From positions 1-64,000 of the IMG/VR virus record IMGVR_UViG_3300031758_003913: 64,000 bases of DNA, one strand, 5' to 3'. The position numbers and the translations under genes were made by a program. Positions 28,641 through 39,107 of this stretch are shown piece by piece. Position 1 is the stretch's first letter. Each line of letters starts with the position of its first letter. The stretch comes from an uncultured virus (IMG/VR IMGVR_UViG_3300031758_003913) (taxonomy: Duplodnaviria > Heunggongvirae > Uroviricota > Caudoviricetes). A model generated the notes under the pieces. The model did not search any database. It had not been told where the DNA came from and saw only the letters and a list, made by a program, of their open reading frames with translations.

Positions 28641-29849
28641 CTAGCCTAATTTTTTGAGGTCGGCAACGGGCCTAATCAAATTTTCATAGCCGGTTGTACT
28701 AAAAAATTTTGAAAACTCAGCATCAGGAATATTGTATTTTGATTTTAAAGATGTTAGTAGACAATTTTGATCATTGGCTAGTTTTAAGAATAAGTTAAAA
28801 TTATGTTCAATATCTTGTTGTATTTCTTTTTGATGATAAGTTTGGTGTTTTAAAAAATGTTCTACATTTTTAACAATCAATTCAATTCTTTCTTTTTCAT
28901 CTTCCACCTGTGCATAATTTTGAATAAGCATATATTTTTCAAATGTTTCAAATCCCATTTGTTTAATATATCTAAACTGTTCAGGCGGGCCTGCAAATAT
29001 AAAAGGATGCTTATAAATTATTGTCCGCCATGTTTTTTCTGTAATAAATTTATAATCAGGCGACCAATAATTTGGACCTTCAGAAATTATACTTAACGAA
29101 GTTTCATCGTAAACTTCAGGATCTATGTATATAGGATTTTTCCAAAAATCAGTATGAACTATTTCGCCCCACTTTTCAAGATCGCCTTCTTCGTACGGTG
29201 CATAGTCTTGAAAAAAGTTAGCCATTTCTTGATATTTTTCATCTATTGAGCTAGTACAGTTTTTTAAAAAAGTTTCGTACTCTTCATCTGAATAATGTGA
29301 TAATAAATTTCTGCAATAATTTTTATCTTCTTGGGATAACGGAATAAAAAATGACCATTTACCATTTATTAAAAGATTGTTTTCATACAACTTACTTAAT
29401 AAATAAATTCTATTTAATCTAGTAGGAATTCCACCTAAGAATAAAAACTTATTATTGATAGTTTTTGATTTTCTAGGAATATTATTAATGATGTTGTAAC
29501 ATACTCTTAAAGGATATGATGAGTATATTACCTCAAATGGAAGATTGTTTAAAATACTACCATTTTCTATACTATACTGATTGTTAAAACTTTCTCCAAG
29601 GCCTGACAATAGAATAACTTCTAAATTGTATTTGTCAGCTATTTTTTTAATTTCTAAAAACAGTTGTTGATTATGACAATCATGCGGATAAATTCCCTCC
29701 ATTAAAAACATTCCAAAAATGGTAGTTACTCCGTCAGCTACTGCTTCTTGAAATTCTAATTCAAGTAGTTTTGGTAATACAACATTGACGCTTAGGTCAG
29801 TATCCCACAGTAATTCAAAGTTTATTAATCTTCCTTGTTTCATAATCAA
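28641..29849 (-). CDS. Putative glycosyltransferase-like protein, paralog of 26490-27677
   Basis: Shared KFLFLxG.P.R.NRI.LLSK and ISEGPN.WS...FITEKTWRT. Confidence 0.5.
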   Translation of the reverse strand: MIMKQGRLINFELLWDTDLSVNVVLPKLLELEFQEAVADGVTTIFGMFLMEGIYPHDCHNQQLFLEIKKIADKYNLEVILLSGLGESFNNQYSIENGSILNNLPFEVIYSSYPLRVCYNIINNIPRKSKTINNKFLFLGGIPTRLNRIYLLSKLYENNLLINGKWSFFIPLSQEDKNYCRNLLSHYSDEEYETFLKNCTSSIDEKYQEMANFFQDYAPYEEGDLEKWGEIVHTDFWKNPIYIDPEVYDETSLSIISEGPNYWSPDYKFITEKTWRTIIYKHPFIFAGPPEQFRYIKQMGFETFEKYMLIQNYAQVEDEKERIELIVKNVEHFLKHQTYHQKEIQQDIEHNFNLFLKLANDQNCLLTSLKSKYNIPDAEFSKFFSTTGYENLIRPVADLKKLG

Positions 29850-30679
29850 ATTTTCTTCATCAGTATTTGTTTACGAAATTTTAAAGGATCTGGTTTTTTA
29901 ATCATTTCAACTGAATTGGGACACATACTACAAAATTTTTCTGCACCTTTATTAAAAAACTCTGTAATTTCATTGTCCGAAGCTTCCGGCTTTAGTGGAA
30001 CATAACTTAGATAATAATCCCAATTCTCTGAAAGATTAATTTTTTGTTTAGTCATAGGCAAGTACGCTAAATTTGAGCATTTATAAATATCGCCATTATA
30101 TATCTGAAAACAATCTTGTCCCGTTATACAATTATCCCAACTTTTTTCAAAGTTTTCTTCGTTAAACGGTTCCATAGTGCTACCGTAACCTTTATAAAAT
30201 GGAGTCCAATAATTATAAAAATCTAGTATACGAACTTGGATTCCGTATTTTTCTACCCATTCATTTAAAATGTTTTTAGATTTATCAAACAATTTATTAT
30301 AACTTGGATCTTCACTATGCCAAGACACTGAAATAGAACAATTAGAATCTTTTAATACTTTAGGTAAATCTGGAAATTTGTGAATTAAAAGTCCGTTAGT
30401 TGTTAATTGTAATTGTTCTAGATACGGATCATCCCACATTTCTCTTGTTAAAGAAATAATTTTACAGATATCTTTGTTTAATAAAGGTTCTCCCCCTAAA
30501 ATGTCTATTGATTTTGGTGCTAGTCTATGACTCCATTTTGAATACCAGTCTTTGATCTCATTATAACTAACTATTCCTTTTTGCCCATAATCAGAAAGAT
30601 GGCAACAACCTTTACAAGATAGATTACAAGCATGAGCAACATGCCACTCAAGATGTGGGATTTTTATTTTTGTGTTCAT
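29846..30679 (-). CDS. Radical SAM protein with C-terminal Cys cluster
   Basis: CNLSCKGC, LGGEP, TTNG, YKC...CSMC. Confidence 0.9.
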   Translation of the reverse strand: MNTKIKIPHLEWHVAHACNLSCKGCCHLSDYGQKGIVSYNEIKDWYSKWSHRLAPKSIDILGGEPLLNKDICKIISLTREMWDDPYLEQLQLTTNGLLIHKFPDLPKVLKDSNCSISVSWHSEDPSYNKLFDKSKNILNEWVEKYGIQVRILDFYNYWTPFYKGYGSTMEPFNEENFEKSWDNCITGQDCFQIYNGDIYKCSNLAYLPMTKQKINLSENWDYYLSYVPLKPEASDNEITEFFNKGAEKFCSMCPNSVEMIKKPDPLKFRKQILMKKI

Positions 30680-30683
30680 AAAC

Positions 30684-30695
30684 TATTTATAAATA
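30684..30695. promoter_or_regulatory. Palindromic bidirectional late promoter TATTTATAAATA
   Basis: TATAAATA on both strands between divergent genes. Confidence 0.65.
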
Positions 30696-30722
30696 CAAGA
30701 TATAAAATACTAGGTTAATGAC

Positions 30723-31469
30723 ATGAATACCACTGCGTTGGATTTTTATCACAAAAACAAAAATATAAAATCTAACTTACCTAAAATGCCTGAATGGGCG
30801 AAAACTGATTATGAAATAGCAGATTGGTTATTGAACAAAAGTAATTTTGGTTGGTTAGAACTTGATATTGAGTTTGATGTTGATAAATGGATTAAAGAAG
30901 CTGAGGATTCAAAAGTACATTTAGTTCCTCATAGAGAAAGCGATAGTCATGGGTGGAATAGTTGCTGTATACACGGTATAAACGCGGCTAGCACCGGTGC
31001 ATGGACTTCGTATGGTTACACCCATGAAGATCAAGTACCATATGATTGGACCCCGGTAGCATCCAAAACACCTGTAATTAAAGAATTTTGGAAGAACTTT
31101 CCGTACGATACTTATAGAAGAATAAGATTTATGGAATTGGAAGCAGGAGGGCATATTAGCCCGCATAGTGATGCCCCTGGTAAATTACCTGGTGAAGAAA
31201 ACTTTGATGCTCTCAAATTTGGAGTTCCCATAAACATAGCATTAGTACATCCAGAAGAATGTTATATGAGCTTGGACGGTTACGGATGTGTTCCATTTAA
31301 AACCGGAAAAGCATTTATCATAAATATTAGAAATTATCATAGCGTAATAAATTTATCTAACACGTCTAGGATACATTTAATTGCGCACGGTAAATTAGAA
31401 AATAAAACAAGTGAGTTTACTAAACTCGTTGCTAGAAGTTATAAAAAGGAATATAATGCCCAATCTTAA
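30723..31469 (+). CDS. Asp/Asn beta-hydroxylase-like Fe(II)/2OG oxygenase
   Basis: GGHISPHSD ... YHSVIN...RIHLI. Confidence 0.8.
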   Translation: MNTTALDFYHKNKNIKSNLPKMPEWAKTDYEIADWLLNKSNFGWLELDIEFDVDKWIKEAEDSKVHLVPHRESDSHGWNSCCIHGINAASTGAWTSYGYTHEDQVPYDWTPVASKTPVIKEFWKNFPYDTYRRIRFMELEAGGHISPHSDAPGKLPGEENFDALKFGVPINIALVHPEECYMSLDGYGCVPFKTGKAFIINIRNYHSVINLSNTSRIHLIAHGKLENKTSEFTKLVARSYKKEYNAQS

Positions 31470-32457
31470 AGTTTTTGATATTTTTTACGGCAATAAATGT
31501 CAAATTGCCTGCCAACAGTGTGATACACGTAGTGACTTGATTAGAAAAGGAGAACATGATCCTGACCTTGAAACAATCAAAGAAGGAATTCTGTTAACTA
31601 AAGAAAAGTTTCATATTGAACACTATAGTTTACTAGGCGGTGAACCACTGTTATACAAAGACAGAATTGAATCACTCCTAGAATTTATTAGAAGCTTTGA
31701 TCAAACTACACCAGTATGGATTCCAACTAATGGCGAACTTATCGATAAGAACATAGACTTCTTATCTAATATTATTGTTAAGTATAAAGTTATGATATTA
31801 GTTAGTGATCACTTTATTCAATTTGAAGATAAGACTCGATCAAATAGAATAAAAGCTGCCGTTGAAGTGTTAACAGAAAAACTTGATATTCAAAAACTTC
31901 CTAGTGAGAATTTTTGGTCAAAGATGATGTACGACTCTACTGATGGTTGGAGGAATTATTGGATTGATGTTAAGGACTATAGACATAATGCTTATTGTGC
32001 TATAGAAAATAAATCACCAATTCCGCCTGATGATGACTTTTGGTGGAACGGCCAGTACGGTGTACTTTCAATTGATCAAGATTCCCATCTAAAACATTTT
32101 TACATGAAAGATAATAAACCAAAACCGTTTAACTCAACGGATATTGAAAAGGCTTATTATGGTAACTGTCCAAGTTGTTACTGTACATTTATGTATAATA
32201 AAAAACTTTATAAGTGTGCAGCATTAGGAACTTTAAAAAACTTTTTAGAAAGACATAATGCAGTCGACGACGAAGAATGGCAGAAATTTTTAGCATACAA
32301 ACCTCTTGACTTAACTAATTGTACTGACGAAGAAGTAGAAAATTTTTCTATTTCTAAGTATAAACCAATTAGTGAATGTTCAATGTGTCCGTCATCTCAA
32401 AATGAAGTAATATTGACCGAAGAAAATGTTTTGCCTATTAAATTTTATAAAAAATGA
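31456..32457 (+). CDS. Radical SAM protein
   Basis: CQIACQQC, LGGEP, TNG, YKC...CSMC; related to 29846-30679. Confidence 0.88.
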   Translation: MPNLKVFDIFYGNKCQIACQQCDTRSDLIRKGEHDPDLETIKEGILLTKEKFHIEHYSLLGGEPLLYKDRIESLLEFIRSFDQTTPVWIPTNGELIDKNIDFLSNIIVKYKVMILVSDHFIQFEDKTRSNRIKAAVEVLTEKLDIQKLPSENFWSKMMYDSTDGWRNYWIDVKDYRHNAYCAIENKSPIPPDDDFWWNGQYGVLSIDQDSHLKHFYMKDNKPKPFNSTDIEKAYYGNCPSCYCTFMYNKKLYKCAALGTLKNFLERHNAVDDEEWQKFLAYKPLDLTNCTDEEVENFSISKYKPISECSMCPSSQNEVILTEENVLPIKFYKK

Positions 32458-33677
32458 ATGTAGTTGAGTACAATTATAATTCTTCTAATAAGATTGCATT
32501 TTGTTTTATAGATAATACTAATCAGATACAAGATAATTTTTGTAAGGAAATTATAAAAAATCAGTCTGATTATACATTATCAAATGTACTAAATAAAAAT
32601 TATGATGTATATCAGTCTTTAAATGAGGATACTGTATTACAACATGTAGCAAATTTAGATTATACCTATGCTCTTGTCTTTAGTACTGGGACAGAATTTA
32701 TTAACGGAAGTGAGTTTTTTAATTCATTAGAAGATCTTATCAAAGACGATTTTTTTATCTATGGACATATTCTAGATAGAGGTACCGCATATTATGAACT
32801 GCACAATCAGTGTTATCTAATAAATTTAGAAATATATCGTAAATTAGGTTGTCCAGCAATTGGTCAATTAGAGCTTGGTACTAAACATACTCAAGTGATT
32901 CCAGAAAGAAGTGTAGAAAATATACACGATGATTATACACCTATTTGGGTTAAAACTGGATATCAAACTAAATCATATGATCATAAATGTCACGGATGGA
33001 ATATATTAAGTTTAGCACTTACATATAATCTGCCTGTTAAAATATTTAATAACGATATTAGACATAACAAAAAACATCTTTATCCAGAATCTAAAAAAGA
33101 CTTTTTAGAAAATCTTAATTGGGTATACTTTCGAGAAAAGTATGCAGCATCTGAATTTATTCATACAGAAAATACCGAAGAACATAGCAATGTTAATAAA
33201 AAATTTACACAATTAATTATTCCAGCTAGTGGTCTACTTTATACTGATTTAATTGACGAGGGTCGAATCGTTGTTTATGATTACAATGATAATGCTTTAA
33301 ACTACTGGAAGAACAAAATTCAACAAAAGAATAATATTGAGTATATATTTGTAAAAGCCGATTTACTATTAGAAAATAATCTTATAGATTACATCAACGC
33401 AGAGCATAATTCAACTACGTTAATTAATTTATCAAATATTTTTTGCTACGAAGGTACAGCATGTTTGTCACCGTTGTACTATAGGGTACACAAAGAAAAT
33501 GAAATTATTAATTCATTAAAAGAAAAAGTTCCTGAATGTACAATTAATTTTAATATTAGGGCCGCAGTTGGATTTGTAGAAAATTTAAAGACATTGGGAA
33601 TTAGTAAAGATTTTAAAATTACTAATATGGAAACTTTAAAAAAACCAACTTGGCATTATAATCTAGACTGGAATTAA
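32454..33677 (+). CDS. Hypothetical protein
   Basis: 407 aa ORF; no family recognised. Confidence 0.75.
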   Translation: MNVVEYNYNSSNKIAFCFIDNTNQIQDNFCKEIIKNQSDYTLSNVLNKNYDVYQSLNEDTVLQHVANLDYTYALVFSTGTEFINGSEFFNSLEDLIKDDFFIYGHILDRGTAYYELHNQCYLINLEIYRKLGCPAIGQLELGTKHTQVIPERSVENIHDDYTPIWVKTGYQTKSYDHKCHGWNILSLALTYNLPVKIFNNDIRHNKKHLYPESKKDFLENLNWVYFREKYAASEFIHTENTEEHSNVNKKFTQLIIPASGLLYTDLIDEGRIVVYDYNDNALNYWKNKIQQKNNIEYIFVKADLLLENNLIDYINAEHNSTTLINLSNIFCYEGTACLSPLYYRVHKENEIINSLKEKVPECTINFNIRAAVGFVENLKTLGISKDFKITNMETLKKPTWHYNLDWN

Positions 33678-34828
33678 TTTTGTAGTTTTTTAAATTCTTT
33701 TATTAAAAAAACTTTACTTTCTGCTCTAGTTACCTTAGAAGTATACTTTTCAATATATTGTTTTAACAGCGGATTAAATTCTGCCATATCTTCCGATCTA
33801 ATTTCATCAAGCTGTTGAGAATAGTTTATAAAATGTTGGAAATGATCATTTCCTTCTGAGTTGAGATATTCAGTAATACTATCGTTATTAATGTATTTAG
33901 AGACTAGTTCTTTATATTCTAATGGAGTGTTTTTAATAGACAAAAATACTGGATATTGTACTAGTTGAAATGTTTTAGAAAATCTAGGGAAGTGTTCTTT
34001 AACGTAGTTGTCTAACAAGTCGAGTTGGTTTACATTATAAATGCTTACTGCCGTATGCACGTTCATTGATGTTTTTTTATCTTTTCTTAAATCAATTAAG
34101 TTATCATAAAATTTTAAATTCTGTTCAATTGCATTCCAATCGGAGCCGCTTCTAATATAATCATTATAATGACCAAATCCGTCTATACTAATATTTAAAC
34201 TTAATTCTTTACAACTTAATAAACTGTCTAATACAGAGTCAGTTGGTTCTATAGTTCCGTTTGTGCTTAGTTGTATAGAAAGATTTTTTAAAATGTCCTT
34301 GTCTTTTAATAATTTAAAAAAATCTCTAGTTCCCGGACTGTACATTGGCTCACCACCAAGAACTTCTATTTCAATTAAGCTATCTAACTCAAGATCTTTG
34401 TATAAAGTATTTTTAATATATTTTTTCTTAGAAAAAGATTCTCCGTAAATTTTTATTTCATCTTCGTGCCAAGTATGACTATTAGGTGAACCACAACTTC
34501 TGCATTTTATGTTACAGATGTTATCCATGACTAATTCTAATTTTTTTATTGTAGTGTCAGTAGTAAATTCATATTTGTTAAGTCCGCTTTGGCGCATTGA
34601 CGGAATACCTACATCTTCTTCAGCATAGCATTGACATCCTTCTACTCGTTCGCCGTTTAACATTTTTCTACGCATTTCTTGCATTACAGGGCCGTGTCTT
34701 ACTTCATTTATTGGAATAATGTTTTGAAATAGAGTAGATTTCATAAACTGTCCGCAAGGCAAAACTGTGTTATCTGCTTGCAGACTAGAACTTATAAAAG
34801 GATATACGCAATATGTCTTAGATGTCAT
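33674..34828 (-). CDS. Radical SAM protein with N-terminal twitch domain
   Basis: CVYP..PC..CQC; CNIKCRSC, GGEP, SIDG. Confidence 0.9.
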   Translation of the reverse strand: MTSKTYCVYPFISSSLQADNTVLPCGQFMKSTLFQNIIPINEVRHGPVMQEMRRKMLNGERVEGCQCYAEEDVGIPSMRQSGLNKYEFTTDTTIKKLELVMDNICNIKCRSCGSPNSHTWHEDEIKIYGESFSKKKYIKNTLYKDLELDSLIEIEVLGGEPMYSPGTRDFFKLLKDKDILKNLSIQLSTNGTIEPTDSVLDSLLSCKELSLNISIDGFGHYNDYIRSGSDWNAIEQNLKFYDNLIDLRKDKKTSMNVHTAVSIYNVNQLDLLDNYVKEHFPRFSKTFQLVQYPVFLSIKNTPLEYKELVSKYINNDSITEYLNSEGNDHFQHFINYSQQLDEIRSEDMAEFNPLLKQYIEKYTSKVTRAESKVFLIKEFKKLQN

Positions 34829-35315
34829 ATTCTGTAATTTGTAAAACAAGTCTAGGTATCTGGCCTATGTTAGCAGCGCCATGTAAATCTGTAGAACTAG
34901 TGTAAACATATACATCACCTTTTTTATAATTAGTGATCATTTCATCTTTGTATACAAATATATGCCCAGGATGATAGTCCTGTAACGGAACCCAATATCG
35001 CAAACAGCTAACATCGTGTGTATGAGGATCAGTGTGCATTGGCATGAATTGTCCTGGGGTTAATTTAGTAATCCACCAATGAATTTTTCCATTGGTCCAA
35101 GGCGGGGAAATTATTATATCTAGATCTTTACTTTCGTAAATCCACCAATTAACTGCGTTTAGATCGTATCCAGAAGTTGCATATCGCTGATATTCTTCTT
35201 GTTCAATTTTAGAATTTGGCGGCCAATCTCTGGGGCGGGCTTGTCCTGGAGTTTCTAATATTTTAGAAATCCAATTGTCATTTATCCAAGAACTATAATT
35301 TCCTATATATTTCAT
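34818..35315 (-). CDS. Fe(II)/2OG-type oxygenase
   Basis: PGQFMPMHTD ... LHGAAN...R. Confidence 0.75.
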   Translation of the reverse strand: MKYIGNYSSWINDNWISKILETPGQARPRDWPPNSKIEQEEYQRYATSGYDLNAVNWWIYESKDLDIIISPPWTNGKIHWWITKLTPGQFMPMHTDPHTHDVSCLRYWVPLQDYHPGHIFVYKDEMITNYKKGDVYVYTSSTDLHGAANIGQIPRLVLQITEYDI

Positions 35316-36046
35316 AAATTAAAATCTAAAACTTTTCCGTTACCATGATTGTCAATTGCTTCTACTAACATGTTTTTTACAAGATCATTAATTTCATTAC
35401 CAAATAAATGATTTGAAACTGTATCTGTATTATAATCAACATCTTTATTATACTTAGAAAAATTTTCTAAAGCTGGTCTACACTCTGTGCCACTTAAAAA
35501 TCTATAATCATAATACATGTTGTTTGCACTATAACGTGTGTTAGGGTCGTGCCAAGTTTTAAAGTTACCAAAACTCCATAGATGAATTATTTTAGTTTTT
35601 TCCATTAAGGGAAGTAATACTTCTCTATCGTAATGATATAAGGCTGCTAATCTTTCTCGCTTTTCTTTTTCCTCATTATAGAGCTCTTTATAAAATTCAG
35701 CTGCAACTTTATATTTTTTCTTATATAAAAGTCTAGTATAATGAAATTCTGAAATAGGCACATTATCTATATCTAAAACCCAAGAAGTAATGTTTCGACA
35801 CTCAGGATGATAAATTCGTCCAGGCGAAGTCCATACAAATATGCATACATCAGGTAAGTTATTAATAAACTTTGGAAATTGATACAGTATTAGATCCCAA
35901 TAGCTACTACCCCCATATCCTAAATTTACTATTTTTGCTTTGTAATGATCCTGCAATTTGTTGATATAAGTATCATACTTGTTTTTCCAAGTATAAGTAT
36001 TATTCATTTCTGCACAAAAGCTGTCGCCAAAAAAACCTATTTTCAT
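35312..36046 (-). CDS. SGNH/GDSL-like protein
   Basis: FFGDSF, NLGYGGSS, C-terminal NHL. Confidence 0.65.
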   Translation of the reverse strand: MKIGFFGDSFCAEMNNTYTWKNKYDTYINKLQDHYKAKIVNLGYGGSSYWDLILYQFPKFINNLPDVCIFVWTSPGRIYHPECRNITSWVLDIDNVPISEFHYTRLLYKKKYKVAAEFYKELYNEEKEKRERLAALYHYDREVLLPLMEKTKIIHLWSFGNFKTWHDPNTRYSANNMYYDYRFLSGTECRPALENFSKYNKDVDYNTDTVSNHLFGNEINDLVKNMLVEAIDNHGNGKVLDFNL

Positions 36047-36861
36047 TAATAATTTTCCAAATAATCTATCTTAAGAGCCTTGCGAAACTCTTCTGTAAAT
36101 TTACAATCTACACGTAAAGCATAATCCTGTTCGCCTATACTGTCGCCGCCATGCCAGTCTTCGTCATTCCAGAAGCCGGCATTGCTATTGATATAGTGTT
36201 TGTTCTCAGTATCCGGATCCCAAATATAAAATCCACGCTTGGTTCTAAAACGTATGTGTATAAATTCGTTGCGGTGGTCAGTGTAGGAGTTCTTTTCTAA
36301 TACACCATTGTTAGCATCTAAGTCTCTGTGCTCAAACCCTAGTCCATTATGATCACAGTGAAAGAATATAACTCGACCAATTTGGCTAATAATGTTTTGT
36401 TCTACTAGATTGTTTACCCACGTTACTACACCAGGAAAGTATTTGCTTTCTTCTGTAGGTTTGCGTTCTGCGCTACGGTCGTTCCAATCACCTTGTTCCC
36501 ACAGAAAGTAGTAAATATAAGGATCACTCGCACCCATGGCCATTTTAAGATAACGTGTGAATAAGTTACGATTTTTAAAATCACTCAAGTCTGTAAAATA
36601 CATAGGATCGCCGTGTACACGAATAGGATGCTCCTTGGGTAAAGCTAGATATTCTTCTACTGCTTTATAAATTGGTTTCCAATTAACTATGTAACTAGCA
36701 TCTTTCCAATCAAACCCTGGTTTCATCCAAGTGCCTTCCTTGGCATAATCTCTAGCTAGGGCAAACCCTTTACATATTTCTGGATGTAGATTTTTAAATC
36801 CATCAATATCTAAAAATGGATCTAAGTTTATATAAGGCTTACCGCCAATTCCTTTAATCAT
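36046..36861 (-). CDS. Fe(II)/2OG-type oxygenase-like protein
   Basis: EHRD ... WHGG...LRVD. Confidence 0.55.
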   Translation of the reverse strand: MIKGIGGKPYINLDPFLDIDGFKNLHPEICKGFALARDYAKEGTWMKPGFDWKDASYIVNWKPIYKAVEEYLALPKEHPIRVHGDPMYFTDLSDFKNRNLFTRYLKMAMGASDPYIYYFLWEQGDWNDRSAERKPTEESKYFPGVVTWVNNLVEQNIISQIGRVIFFHCDHNGLGFEHRDLDANNGVLEKNSYTDHRNEFIHIRFRTKRGFYIWDPDTENKHYINSNAGFWNDEDWHGGDSIGEQDYALRVDCKFTEEFRKALKIDYLENY

Positions 36862-36865
36862 AAAA

Positions 36866-36873
36866 TATTTATC
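36866..36873 (-). promoter_or_regulatory. Late-promoter-like GATAAATA, 4 nt before an ATG
   Basis: Read directly at a divergent junction. Confidence 0.55.
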
Positions 36874-36906
36874 TGGTAATTATATATACAATCGAGAAAC
36901 TGACAC

Positions 36907-37878
36907 ATGGTATATAAACATCTCAAGTACGGCATGACAATGATAAATGACGTTGTTCGAAATAGTTTTTATAAAAAGATTCTAAAAGATACAAAAAATA
37001 AAAACTGTTTAGAAATAGGTTTTGGATCTGGTATATTATCTATCCTTGCACTTGAAGCGGGTGCTAATCATATTGTTGCTTACGAAGAAGATTTAGAAAC
37101 TTATCAACTAGGACTTGAGATTATTCAAAATTTAGGTTTACAAAATAAAATTGAACTTATAGGCCAACAGTTTAGACCAGATAAAATACACAACCACAAA
37201 AATATAGATTACATTTTTACTGAAACAATTAATCACACTCTGTTTGGAGAGTCTATGCTTAAGGCAGTAGGTGGTGCGCTTCCAGAAATTTTACCGAACA
37301 TTTATTTTTTAGAAGTATATGCAGTTCCAATTAGCAATAATTATGCAAAAAGATTAATCAATGACGATAAAGAAGTTTGTAATCCCGGTTTAGAAATTAC
37401 TGAAAAATTTAGTGCAGTAGTAAACAAAATATTAAATAAATCAGAAGTACAACTTAAAGATGGTCTTCATGGTATAACTATCAATAATATACATCAAGTA
37501 TTAGATGTTTGCGAAATATCAAACAGTTTACCTACAAAAATGTATAATATTAATATTAACGAACCTGTTACACAAGAAGGTATTGATTGGAACATTGAAT
37601 TAGAAACAGGAACTAATTATTTGTTAATATTTAGAACTGGAATCAAGTACAAAGAACATAAACTTTATACAGACATTTGTGACAACTGGGGAACTTTTGC
37701 ACAATATCCATTAATTGTAAATGCCAACAATAATTTTAGAATAGAACAAAATTTTGCTGACGGAAATTTTATATTTTCATATAATGATCAAACAATACAT
37801 TTAATCAAAGAAGAACACAAGCACAAGTACAATATAATTGAAACACCAAAAAATAAGGTGATTAACTTTGTCCACTAA
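36907..37878 (+). CDS. Class I SAM methyltransferase, PRMT-like
   Basis: MINDVVRN.FY, LEIGFGSGILS, AYE, TETINHTLFGE (double-E-loop-like). Confidence 0.75.
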   Translation: MVYKHLKYGMTMINDVVRNSFYKKILKDTKNKNCLEIGFGSGILSILALEAGANHIVAYEEDLETYQLGLEIIQNLGLQNKIELIGQQFRPDKIHNHKNIDYIFTETINHTLFGESMLKAVGGALPEILPNIYFLEVYAVPISNNYAKRLINDDKEVCNPGLEITEKFSAVVNKILNKSEVQLKDGLHGITINNIHQVLDVCEISNSLPTKMYNININEPVTQEGIDWNIELETGTNYLLIFRTGIKYKEHKLYTDICDNWGTFAQYPLIVNANNNFRIEQNFADGNFIFSYNDQTIHLIKEEHKHKYNIIETPKNKVINFVH

Positions 37879-38563
37879 TTTTGAATACTATTATAATGAC
37901 GTACCTGGTAAAGGATTATGTCGTAATAATTTAATTTATACAAGTCTTATAAGTAAGGATCGTAAAACATTTTGTCAATGGTACCATAATGATACTGATT
38001 ATCATCGAGGACAAAATCAAATTGTTGATCCTGACTTAATGGAGGAAAAATGGTTACGTGAAGTAAACTACATTACTCAAATGCGTAATACATTTCCGCA
38101 TCTAGTTCCTAAGATTATTAATATAGATTTAGAAAAAAGAAAACTCTATCTTGAAATAGACGGTGTTGATTTTTGGCAACAAGCTGATCCTATTAAACAA
38201 GACTATGATAGTGTACTACCCAATTGGCGTGAACAAATGTTGGAAATATTTAAGGCGCATACGTCATTAGGAATATACAAATATAGTTTACATCCCAGTA
38301 GTTATTTTGTTGTTAACGGTCAGCTTAAAAGTATCAATTATTTTTTCTGTTATCGAGACCTTGATCAGCAAATTAGTTTACGTAGTGTGATGAGTCACAT
38401 CAGCGAAGATAGACAAAAGGACTTGCTACCTAAAATGACTGCTGCGGGTATAGACGTAAATATGCCAACTCCTTTTAAAGATATACAGTTACTAGCATTT
38501 GAAAGTTTTAAAACAAATTTTCCTTCAGACTTTATGGATGAATGTAAAAAATTATATGTTTAA
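37868..38563 (+). CDS. Kinase-like fold protein (divergent)
   Basis: REV.Y....VPKI, GIYKYSLHPSS, LKSINY resemble APH/protein-kinase subdomains; catalytic Asp residues not evident. Confidence 0.45.
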   Translation: MSTNFEYYYNDVPGKGLCRNNLIYTSLISKDRKTFCQWYHNDTDYHRGQNQIVDPDLMEEKWLREVNYITQMRNTFPHLVPKIINIDLEKRKLYLEIDGVDFWQQADPIKQDYDSVLPNWREQMLEIFKAHTSLGIYKYSLHPSSYFVVNGQLKSINYFFCYRDLDQQISLRSVMSHISEDRQKDLLPKMTAAGIDVNMPTPFKDIQLLAFESFKTNFPSDFMDECKKLYV

Positions 38564-39107
38564 AATTGTTCCATGGTCAGAAGAATTAGACTTAACCGAA
38601 TTCTATTCTAATGCAAAACGTAGGGGGTTTGAAAACAATAGTAATCAAAAAGTAATGATTGACTGTTTTCAAAATGAACCAGAGTGGGCAGCATGGATTC
38701 TATATCAAAATGATCGTGCTATTGGAAGTGTAGCTGCACATAGTTTTAATATCATGGGGCCTAACGCTTATCGTGTACTAGCACGTACCTGTACACTTGC
38801 TGAGGCTAATTTAAACACTGGATTGATTACAGCTAAGAAATTAATTGCTGAACATCAAAACTTAACAGATCAGTTTTTACTCCCTGCATGTATTAACTGG
38901 GCAAAGGGGGATTTGTATGCTACAAGCAATGAAAGTGTTGTAGCAAGTCAACGTCTAGTACATAGACATTATTTTCCTACACTTGCTAAACTAGGGATTG
39001 TAGAACGTGTGTGCGAAATGAATTATCGCAATACTGATCAAACTGTCTGGCGAATATATCCAGATCGATTTCTTGCTAATTTAGAACTGTATCCTAGATG
39101 GATCTAG
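38556..39107 (+). CDS. Hypothetical protein, possibly GNAT-like
   Basis: W.LY....IG.V..H...RVLAR pattern; weak. Confidence 0.45.
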   Translation: MFKIVPWSEELDLTEFYSNAKRRGFENNSNQKVMIDCFQNEPEWAAWILYQNDRAIGSVAAHSFNIMGPNAYRVLARTCTLAEANLNTGLITAKKLIAEHQNLTDQFLLPACINWAKGDLYATSNESVVASQRLVHRHYFPTLAKLGIVERVCEMNYRNTDQTVWRIYPDRFLANLELYPRWI

